Assembly: GCF_964355755.1 (NCBI RefSeq)
Contig: NC_092672.1
Span: 7,998,001 to 8,062,000, forward strand
Reading direction: 5' to 3'
Length of the DNA stretch: 64,000 bases
Source of the DNA: Antedon mediterranea
Lineage: Eukaryota; Animalia; Echinodermata
The first letter of the stretch is position 1, and every line of letters starts with the position of its first letter. The translations under genes were made by a program, and so were the position numbers. A model generated the notes under the pieces. The model was not told where the DNA came from. It did no database searches and worked only from the letters and a program-made list of their open reading frames with translations. Positions 40,101-50,296 of the stretch are shown piece by piece.

Positions 40101-42705
40101 TAAGAAATATCAAACTAAAGATATTAATATTGTTAAGTAAAGTAGCTGAAGAATTTTTAGGCCCATGCAAAAAGCTACACCTTCTCCCTCCCCCACCCCC
40201 TGATTATTTTGAAATCCTGGGTTCACCACTGATTTGTACAACTAAAAACGGCTTTAATACAACAGATGATCTACCTAGTGCAGATCACCTAAAGCTTTAT
40301 TACTCTAAAAGAAAGCAATAAAATGAATACAAATCAATGCAGACAATCTGACTAATAATAGCTGTAACAAAATATAAACCAGGTAGGGTATATGTAATTT
40401 AAAAACTAGAAAAACTAAGTCTTTCTAAGACTCATAAATGCACCTACTTTAATAAAAATCGTCGAGGCTTAGTGCGAGAAACGCTTTGTCATGAAGCGTT
40501 AAAAAACAACACATCGAAATTAATGATATGGCTTCAATAAACCGGGGAAAAAACTGACAAACATATTTTCAGGAAGATAATGAATTGAATATATAATAAG
40601 CACATTCTCCCTGAAGAGGTGACCAATTAGCATGAGAGCAGTCGTTGTTAGTAGCACACTGGAAGTAAGCTTACAGGATTTAAATGCGTTCAGGTGTTCT
40701 GTAAAGATAGCCTTAGTTTCCTATAAGGATTACTTAAAGTCACACTGTACCGTGATACTAAAACACACCAATGCGATACAAGAGAGTCGACAGTTAATCA
40801 CTATGGGAATAAATATCTACAAACAGAAACATAAGCGGATCAACTGTGTCCAGGAAGGGGGGTTTACAGTACAATAGGTCATAAGATCTGACCTCTTTTT
40901 CACCTTTTTTTTTCTTTCAACCTTCCTATCTTTATTCTGTCCGCCCGTGCTCCTCAGAGACGCAGCCTGATCCCTCAGGTCACTGAAAAGATTGTGACAG
41001 ACAATGATAAATTATGTAAAAATCATTTGTGGATGTTTTAAATTACTGTTGAAAAGTAATATGATACACAGGGGATGGGTAGAAAAGACATCTTTGGAAA
41101 ATACGATGAGATTCTAAATTTACTCGTTTATTTTTCATGTTTGTATCTACATACGCTTCCTGTTTTTCAATTAAACGGTTTCTGCTGTAATAAAATCGTC
41201 TGTATTGTTTACTCGTTTTGGCCAAAAATGACTGATCCACAAGTGCTGTTTGCGTTTAGCTACCGTACTTTACTCAGGTTAGTCAATTTTTTACTTGTCA
41301 TATGCCTAACTATACAAAAACACTTTTTGCTTCAATTGGTTTGTTTTCAGGATTATTTATCAATCCCAACCAACTTGGCCCTACGTGTACGAAGACAGCG
41401 TGTACTTAAATGTACGTGTAAAACCATGCACTGAAAATATGTGCTTTGTGAGATTGCGTTCCCTATTGCATAGTATTTGTCACTGTTTTAATCAAAATAA
41501 CTATTAAATATCATGTACTTTTTTATCAAGGCATTATAAAAGTTGGCTTGGGATTTAGTTGGTGTATGACTAGCAAAAATATTGGACAATATAAGAACAT
41601 CATTTAGAAAAAATTAAAATATGCAATGACTAACCAATATACAAATACAAATTTGTTTAAACATAAGGTGTGGTTTCCAAATGGGGTGTTAACTGAATTT
41701 CTTCTTGTCGTAAATATATCCTCTCTTCAGGAGAGAGGTTTTTATTGTTGGTTTATGCAGGTAAACTGGGCATGGCTGGAAAAGACTGGTTTTTTTTCTT
41801 CTACTACGCATTGTTTTTTTTTGCAAACTTTTTTGAAACAATAATTTTGTTTGTGTGTAAAGTTTTTATTGAATTTCATACATTAAAATAATGATTTACA
41901 TCATAAATAATTCTCTTTATGTTATTCTTTTTTGTTGTTATCATAACACCCAAGCTAGACAAATAAATGAGTTCACACAGATATTAATCTTATCCTATTT
42001 ACATTGATAGATAAAATGATATTCACAATAGCTATATAACCTGATGATATATCTTTAACAGGTGAAAAACAATACACAAAGAGCTGTAATCTGGTTCTAA
42101 ACAAACAATAAACAACCATTAAATTAACAACCATATATTTCATCTTATTAATCTATTGTCTTTATAACAATCACTTTGTAGCTTCTTTTATCTTATCACT
42201 TGATAATATTTACCATGCTATATATGCCTGGTTAACCACCAAGCGTACAATATCCAGAGTTGAACGACCTGAAATTAGTTCAACAAGTTTGCGATGTGAA
42301 AAAAAAACAATAGGCAGGGGAGTCTCCGTAAAAAGGAAACACCTGAGAAGTGAGAAGTTGCAGCTATGAAAACGAACAATGATTCAAAATAGCACCTGAG
42401 ATAAATCAGCAACTGTTCAGCAGCTGTCTTGCAACCAAAACAAAAAGTGTTAGCTCATCACCTCGGTAAATTGCCAATTATTAACACTAATTAAAATAAA
42501 TTTTACTATAATTACCAGATTGCATAACAAAGATAAAATCGTATATAAATAAATAGAATTAACAAAATAACAATATATTTAGTAACTTTAACATCTTTAA
42601 GTTGTAAAATAATTCAACAACTCCGAGCAAAATCTAAAAATTTGCGTAAATTAAAAATCAACCAATGCAATAATGGGTTAAAAAACCTGCAATTGCTATC
42701 TGTAA

Positions 42706-42801
42706 AGCTATGTCCTCTAGATAGTGATATGACATCATCATGTCAATATATGGATGCATCATGTTTTTTGTCACATGAAGTTTGATAGTGTAGACAAGGC
42801 T
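42706..42801 (-). mobile_element. PIF/Harbinger-type MITE, family A, internally deleted copy in reverse orientation
   Basis: TAA+AGCTATGTC short left end, core TAGTGATATGACATCATCATG (reverse of family core), right TIR AGTTTGATAGTGTAGACAAGGCT followed by TTA. Confidence 0.75.
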
Positions 42802-43775
42802 TTAGGGGTCCATTATGTATTATGATCATGTGACGATAGTTAAGGAAATATTAATTACGATTTTATTTTAGATAAAATCAAGTATGGTTTGTAAATATGA
42901 AGTCTTCCTTTCTTTTTACTAAAGACTTTCAAAACCCATTCTGTCATCATCTATCATTTAATAAATCCATTTAACTTTTCCAACAATTTATTTTAAGTAA
43001 ATTTTAAGGGTGAGACAAAATATCATCTTATCTTTCTTTTTTAGTCAATGAGATTGCTTAAGTCAGTTTTCAAAATGAGCAAATATTTTTACATATTTTA
43101 ATTTAAAAACTGGCAAAATTATTTGAAAATATTAATCCAATTCAGTGATTATAGAACAGTTGTATTAGAATTATTGCCGTTTTTATGAAATGTAACTTTA
43201 ACAAACTTTTAAAACAACAAAAAACCATTATAATTATATTTCTGTCTGATATATCTGATAATTACAGAAAATTATCTTAGGAAAACATACAAATGAAAAC
43301 GACTTTCAAATTTTTAAGATTTAACTAAATAAGGTCATACGTCAAGATTCATGATCAAAAATGCTAATCACATCGACTGATTCACATCAGGTGAAATCGT
43401 AATCTCTTGCTAAACCATGACAACATGTTCGCAACACCCGGAAATACAGAATTTCCCCCATCTACCGTTATCTCAACAAGAATGAGTTTGAGACACAATC
43501 CTTTCTCTTTGCCCATCCTTCCGTTCTATGAAATCTCGCCTACTCACATGGCTCAGGTGTTTAGACAAGAGTTGACCTGTTTTTCTCCCATCACGCATCT
43601 TTTTTTGCGATAGCCAATCATAATTCGTTTAGGAGACTATGCAAAGTGTTAATTTCACTAATTTCCTGTTACTTTGTTAGTAAAGCCTACTTTTTTTTTG
43701 TTTACAAATTTTGTTTTAACTATATAAAAAAGAAACAATATTATCTGTCTGAATAAATTCAACTTTGTTTAATGG

Positions 43776-44068
43776 AAAATTTAGTTGTCCTTAGCTTACT
43801 AGAAATCAACAAAATTTAGTTGTCCTCAGCTTACTAGAAATCAACAAAATTTAGTTGTCCTTAGCTTACTAGAAATCAACAAAATTTAGTTGTCCTTAGC
43901 TTACTAGAAATCAACAAAATTTAGTTGTCCTTAGCTTACTAGAAATCAACAAAATTTAGTTGTCCTTAGCTTACTAGAAATCAACAAAATTTAGTTGTCC
44001 TTAGCTTACTAGAAATCAACAAAATTTAGTTGTCCTTAGCTTACTAGAAATCAACAAAATTTGGTTGT
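43776..44068 (+). repeat. 35-bp tandem repeat, 8 full units plus 13-bp partial
   Basis: AAAATTTAGTTGTCCTTAGCTTACTAGAAATCAAC at 43776, 43811, ... 44021. Only one substitution among full units (unit 2). No spacers. Confidence 0.98.
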
Positions 44069-46383
44069 AGGTCCTTCAAAAACACACCCCACAGTTGCAT
44101 TGAGAGACATAACCACCAGTAGATGAGAGAATATGATTTTACATTTTTTTTTTCTTTAGCAGCCATGAGTATGTAATATACATTTTCTGGGACAAATGTT
44201 ATATTGTATTGTTTAAATTATATAACTTACAAAAAAAAACAAATACAGAGTGTTGTAAAAGGGAACTAAAATTTGTGTTAGGAAATAGACTAATTTTAAA
44301 AACAAATAACATGTTTCCATATTTAATAGGATCATTGTACCACGCACTTACACGCGTCTATGTCACTAGGACCGTAGTGATTTGTGAAACCTAATAAAAC
44401 CTATCTTTGGCACAAATCTACATGTTTAACATCGATATAATAATTAGAACACACAGAAATTAATAAGCAATTAAAAAGGACATGTAAATACAAGTGAACG
44501 TCCCTCAGCAGCAAGTTGACGTGGGGATCCAGTCAGATCTACTCAATTCACAATACAAACATAATTGCTATGGACATCGTACAATGCAACTTTTGGTTTC
44601 AAGTTTTCTATATTCAACTCAATTTTCATTTTGTCGTTCATTTTCTTGATTTAATACTTGCCAATATTGGATGCTGAGTAGAATGATGAAATTTTTAATA
44701 AATACTCAATTATAGTTATCAATAGCAAAAGTAGAGTATATTGACAATCATATCATTTCTGTAATAACATCTTGTCAGATAACGCATATTAACACAAATA
44801 AGGAACACGAAAAAGCTCTTTGAGTATCAATAAAAAAAAAAACCTCTGTATCTGTACTAGTTAAAGTTCCACACATACACTATGCTGTTGAAAACAGTGA
44901 AGGATGGACTTAATGATTACTTTGCATTCACACTGACTATGAATTCAAGTTGGGTGACCAGAAGAAGCGGTTACGAACAGTACCGTCCACACTAATACAT
45001 TTCAAAATACATTCATAAAAAAAATTTATTCAATAAATTTTGTAGATAAATAAGTACCGGTATATTTCAATAGCGATTTACACAATTTGAATTGGTCAAT
45101 TCTAAAATTATTTTTTTTGATAATTTTTTGTAAAATATATTGTAAATAACAAATTCAGTGAAAGTGATATCCCTCTTTAATGAAGATTAATAACTTTCAT
45201 ATTAATGTGGTCAATTAGAATGACAAAAGTAATATTGGAAATGCGGTCAGACGAAACAAAGCAGTTATATAATCGATTAATAGGTAACATAAATATATGA
45301 CACTTGGGAGTTAATCCATCAATCAACATGCAAATAAATTGTTGGCCTAAGCTAGAGGGCCTGAAGACATCTCAGAATATACAGGTAGTGAAGAATACTA
45401 TACAAAAGTATAAAATGACCTGACTTTTCTGCTAGAAATAAAAGAATTTTGCAGAATTTTGAAAGACCAATGGATGAATTCACATTTGTTGAAATTGGAT
45501 AGGAAACGTTTAACTTTAATCTAACTTAAATCAGCTATTTAAATTTTTCTTTTTTAAAAAGCTTTCAATTTTTTCTTTAAATGGAAGAAATAACTTTCCA
45601 TCAAAGCAAATTGTATGATAGCAGTCATAAAGTTTTTTGAGGCAGGCAAACGTTTCTCACATTTGGTACAATACAATAATAGGGTAAATAAAAATACTCA
45701 ACTCTTGGACGTATGTAGCTTTACCATCATACTTGACATAAAATTAATATTATTATAATTTATATATAAAATATTAAAAAACAAAATTGTTCAAACTCAC
45801 CTGACTATATCATAATACTATACACTATATTGTTAGAAACCTGATCATACCTTTAATATACATTTTTGTTAAGAACCATATGCAGTGCCAAAATTCAAAC
45901 TTCAGTTGCCTAGAGAAGATGTATCCCAAAAACAATTTCTATTTTAGAATTCCGTAAGACTTTAATATGTATCCATGAGAAGCAATTGACATTGAAATAT
46001 ACAAAAGAAATTATTTTCCCAATAAATATGATATAATCATTATTGAAATAATTAATTCTACTCTTTTTATTATATGGTAATTTCCTTTAATAATTGCTCA
46101 TCTATTCTTCAGTTATTTTTTATTACGTGACTTGCTACATTTAATATCGTTACCTTCAAATTGTCTTAATGTTTGCGAACATTTTATTTAAACGCAAGAA
46201 TTAAAATTGCAAAAAAAAAGAGAAGATGGCCTTTAAATTAAATATTGGTAATTTTATTTTATTAAAACAAATGAAGACGATAGATAATTTTAAATCACAG
46301 AAATCAAAGTATTTTTGGTAGAGGCTATCTTTACTTAATGGTAAATGGTCTTATTTAATTACTCTGGGACAGACCTAAACTAA

Positions 46384-46522
46384 AGCTCTGTCTACACTAT
46401 TAAATCTTATGTAACAAAAAAATGAGATGTGTCCATATATGTACATGATGATGTCATATCACTACCATATTTAGGCACATCACACTTTTTTGTCAAACTA
46501 GTTTGATAGTGTAGACAAAGTT
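46384..46522 (+). mobile_element. PIF/Harbinger-type MITE, family A, complete copy; an extra orphan right TIR follows at 46573-46594
   Basis: TIRs AGCTCTGTCTACACTA / TAGTGTAGACAAAGTT, flanks TAA and TTA, body nearly collinear with 15545-15679. Confidence 0.85.
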
Positions 46523-47789
46523 TTACACAAAGTTGCTTGTGATGGAATGGTCCTTAATCAAAATAGTGTGACGTTTGAAAGTGTAGACAGAGCTTGCGTT
46601 GCATCATAGTGCGAAAAAAGTCTGAGCAAAACCACACCAAGACATCAACATTTTTTTTTCAGACATTGAATTAAGCACAATTTTAAAAAGCGAAAATTAC
46701 AGACTGCAGAAATTAAAGACAGGAGAAATAAAAGGCATTTTTTTTCCTTTCTCAATAATAAAAATTTCACTTTAAATTCACCTTAAGCATTATCATTACT
46801 ATGTTATTGTACGCAAAGAGATAATGAGTTATAACTTATTGGAAAAGACATTAAGGAAGTCATTAAAATTCAGCAGACAATTCAATTATAATTGAATTCA
46901 ATGGATGGCAATTTTAATTGTTGAACTATCAGACATAAATATGTTTTATTATAGATATCATAGTACTTGAACTTTGACATCTAAGAATTATTGTTATAAA
47001 ATGCATTGTGTTATATATATAACATATAACTTTATACTGAATGACACTTTCAATGTTAAAACATTCATTTCCAATGTTGTTCAGTATTAAATATGAATTT
47101 CTTTTTTAGTGTGTTCATTTATAGTTTAAAACTAGCTTTATCTTAATTAATGATGGATATAGCTTTCATATTTTCTTACTTGCAAAAGTCCAAAGTATTC
47201 TTAATATTCTATATAATAATATTTACTACTAACAACATTTTGGACCGAAAGTAATGTTTTCAAATATTATGTAATAATTATTATAAATTTAATTCAGGTA
47301 GACAGTAAATTTTTCAACTTTTGAAAAAAAGAAAACTTTTATATGTTCTACTAATTTGAATTTTATAAGATTTAAAATTGTTTAAATTTAAGCATTGTGC
47401 GTATTTCTAAGGCTCATTTTCAAATAATGTGTAACTTTATTGAAAAATAATTATACAGTATAGTTATTTATTTATAGTTATAAATTATAATTTAAAAAAT
47501 CAGTGTATTAAAGAATATGTAAAAAGAGGAAAACAAATGTTGATTTTAAATATTAAATTTGACAATTCATTGACAAAAAGGAAAACTATGTTCAACAAAA
47601 AAATGAAAATATTGTTCGTTTATGATACTGTATGACCAATTCATGGCCTGATGTGTAAATTTTCAATCCGCCTCTGCAAAATCATCACTGATGGACAAAA
47701 CAAGGAAGAGAAACAATTGATATATTTTCATGAACTTTAAATCAATGAACTTATTTACATCTCTCCTATTACCTTGAACCAGATATTTA

Positions 47790-48020
47790 CTACCCACAGA
47801 AACCCAATGTCACTCACGGATCTTGTGAATTCTCGTGGGTACGAGGGTTGTGAGAATCTATTCAATTTGCATTACTTTCGGGCAGGTGATGTAAGACTTT
47901 AGTGTCAAACATGCATATAAATTGTTACTCATGTTCTTAGTTATGTTTATTTATTTCAATAACTCTTTATTGGAAATCAGGTGGGAAGTGACACCTGTAT
48001 TTAAATGGGAGTTTTTCACA
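47790..48020. promoter_or_regulatory. Candidate enhancer: Su(H) plus E-box/T-box cluster
   Basis: TGTGAGAA 47849-47856, GCAGGTG near 47882, composite CAGGTGGGAAGTGACACCTG 47978-47997. Motif-based only. Confidence 0.35.
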
Positions 48021-48569
48021 CTTAATGAGGTATCAATTGTACAGATGTACTGTACTTTGTCAATTACTGAATTTCAAGTAATTTTATCTGGTTTCACCAA
48101 TTTGGTTTTGTTATGATTTGCTTATGATTTGTCACACACAATTAGTATGTTTACTAGTCCAATACTAGACCAATAACATTAAATATACTAAAGAAGTCTT
48201 TAGTGGAAAAAAACAAAAACTGTTCAGGTAACTTTTTACATTTTCCTTTCAATATTAAACTTAAACGAGAAACTCCACAGTGCTCAAATTAAAAAAAAAT
48301 GAATATGTGTACATTGCTAGGAGAAATTTGCGGAAAAAATAATCACACTATGCAAATTCTGCTTTACTACTAAACCATTGCATGGTGTATACATGTCTGG
48401 GTAAAAATCACATGGTATGACAGTGGTGAATGTATACCAAATTAACTGCCTTTACAAACTCTTTTAAAACAAAAACAAACTCTTAAAAAAAAAGTTAGTA
48501 TCCTCAAGACAAAAACATTTATTTATGTCTCATATGAATAGTAGGTATTAAGATAGTTGAACTATCTAC

Positions 48570-48657
48570 AACAAAGTATGGAACTCTGATGACATGATTT
48601 GAACTAAAGATGTTAGGATAGGTAGGCAAGCATGTCAACCACCAAGCCACAGTGCCA
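48570..48657 (-). mobile_element. tRNA-derived SINE head (degenerate)
   Basis: Minus strand GTGGCTTGGTGGTTGACATGCTTGCCTACC...AGTTCAAATC: A-box at 48639-48649 and B-box at 48596-48605 with tRNA spacing. Confidence 0.5.
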
Positions 48658-49596
48658 TTGAAAGTTGTAATCATGTTGTCAACAGTTATTACCAGACAGA
48701 ATGTTGTACTCCTGCTCATGGATGTACATCAACAGGCCTGAGACGACCCTTAGGTCATCATGAAAGGTCATGGTTCATTACTAGGTAGGGGAATAATCCT
48801 CTAGGCATGATGGGATGAGCAGATGTTGATTGTAGACAGAAATCAAAAATATCTATCAACGCAAACATCATCAGTCTCATCAAATGGGAATACACAGAGA
48901 ATGGCATGTGGCTTCCATGACAACCAGTCAACTTTGACCTGGTGTATCTCTGTGGGTTCTGCAGTTATTGTCGTCTTGGGAGGGGACAGGAAAACATAGA
49001 TGATGAGATGAAGGAGGATGATGTATTTTATGACATATATTTGTCTGGCTTCAATGATTGTAATACCTGAAAACATTCTTAAAGTTAAGACAAGGGCAAT
49101 GGAACAGATGAGAAAACAAGTGTTGCCTATCTCTCAACCAAATGCCATAAATTTGTCTGCAGACCAAATTGTCCATCAAAGAGTAAAACAATTGATGGGT
49201 CTATTTCTTAGCAAATAAAACTAAAATAAGATGAACTCAACGAAGTCGACCGACAAACCTAATTCTCAAAGTATTTAACATCACCTATATTATATAAAAA
49301 TCTTTAAACATTTAATCTTATATGAATGTAAATGATTAAATGATAATTACAGTTTATCATAATGCATTACAACTAATGTTGACAAAATGCATTTTCCTTA
49401 CAACTGAAACTATGACTTTACTTTGCATTCAGAGTTGATCATGATCAACTTACTCGTGATGTTTTATGTGAACACTGTAGATCACCAGGTTTATTTGTGC
49501 TGCTGTTGATGAATACACATTTCAACCAATCAAGATAGGATACCTACTTAAGTGATTTTTTTTTATATGCACGGTACCTATAAAATGTAATCATAC

Positions 49597-49877
49597 CTGG
49601 CATGCGAATTCAGTTTTGGTTACCGTCTCCTTCTCAACTCCTTTAAACGGGCCAAAAGTTTCTCCCACTGGAATATCCGCATGGCTGAACACCGCTATGC
49701 TTCCTAATAATGATTCACGTAGTATAAATTGTGGTGGTAAGTCAACATTGTCTGGAATGTAAACTGGTGACGGGCTACCGGTCGTTTCTTGCGCATCGCC
49801 ACAGGTGGACGAAGATGTTTCATTGTCGCTAGTGTGTTCCGAACTATACATTGTACCGTCGGTACCATCAAGTTCAT
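49597..49877 (-). CDS. Prdm3/16: Internal coding exon (exon 2 equivalent) of a Prdm3/16 (MECOM/PRDM16/hamlet) PR-SET zinc-finger transcription factor; N-terminal part of PR domain
   Basis: Translation ELDGTDGTMYSSEHTSDNETSSSTCGDAQETTGSPSPVYIPDNVDLPPQFILRESLLGSIAVFSHADIPVGETFGPFKGVEKETVTKTEFACQ aligns with recalled MECOM exon 2 ([25 protein letters not shown]...IEVGEKFGPYVG...YGWE). Acceptor TTTGATTTCTAG|AT (phase 1) and donor CAG|GTATGA (phase 0); 281 bp = 2 + 93 codons, the same phases as the vertebrate exon. Confidence 0.92.
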
Positions 49878-49984
49878 CTAGAAATCAAACATACAAATAT
49901 TATTAAAATTAAGAATAAAATCAAAAGAAATAGGGCAACAATTACTTTAAAACATAAAATTGCCATTCATCACAAAATAATCAC

Positions 49985-50296
49985 TATTGTAGAACCTCTC
50001 AAAATGTCCCCTTATTAGAGGCATCCTCTGAATATGGGTTGCCACTTGTTCGTTGCTTTAAGGGCCTTTCACACCTGCTCCGGCACGGTTCCGGTCCGGC
50101 GACGGCAAATCCAATCGAACGTCAATGTTTCGTTTTCACGCGGCTACGCGCATATCGATTGGTGCTTGGCTGCATGGAACGTCGTAAAAACGAAACATTT
50201 ATGTTCGATTCGCCGGACCGCAACCGTGTCGGAACAGGTGTGAAAGGCCCTTTAATAGGGATGTCCCCTGAATACAGGTGTACCAAAGAAGGGGCC
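49985..50296. mobile_element. Older pogo/Tc1-type MITE interrupted by a Harbinger MITE
   Basis: Left end TATTGTAGAACCTCTC. Sub-repeats TGTCCCCTTATTAGAG, TCCTCTGAATATGGG and TGTCCCCTGAATACAGG lie on both sides of the inserted element. Right end eroded. Confidence 0.6.
50061..50251. mobile_element. PIF/Harbinger-type MITE, family B (191 bp, GC-rich hairpin)
   Basis: About 42-bp TIR AGGGCCTTTCACACCTG.TCCG.CACGGTT.CGGTCCGGCGA with 3 mismatches, a second internal inverted block ATCGAAC..AATGTTTCGTTTT.ACG, and TTA target duplication at 50058-50060 and 50252-50254. Confidence 0.92.

Larger units (their letters stand above)
1..49596 (-). other. Probable large intron 2 of the Prdm3/16 gene (downstream of the PR-domain exon); next exon not found in window
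   Basis: Begins with a GT donor (CAG|GTATGA on minus, 49596-49591). I found no credible continuation exon (expected roughly ILD...FCVDA...WxKYIR) and no other convincing gene. Vertebrate MECOM/PRDM16 have very long introns at this position. A small exon could have been missed. Confidence 0.55.

Noticed and set aside
43776-44068. 35-bp repeat of CRISPR-like length
   Set aside because: Head-to-tail units with no spacers.
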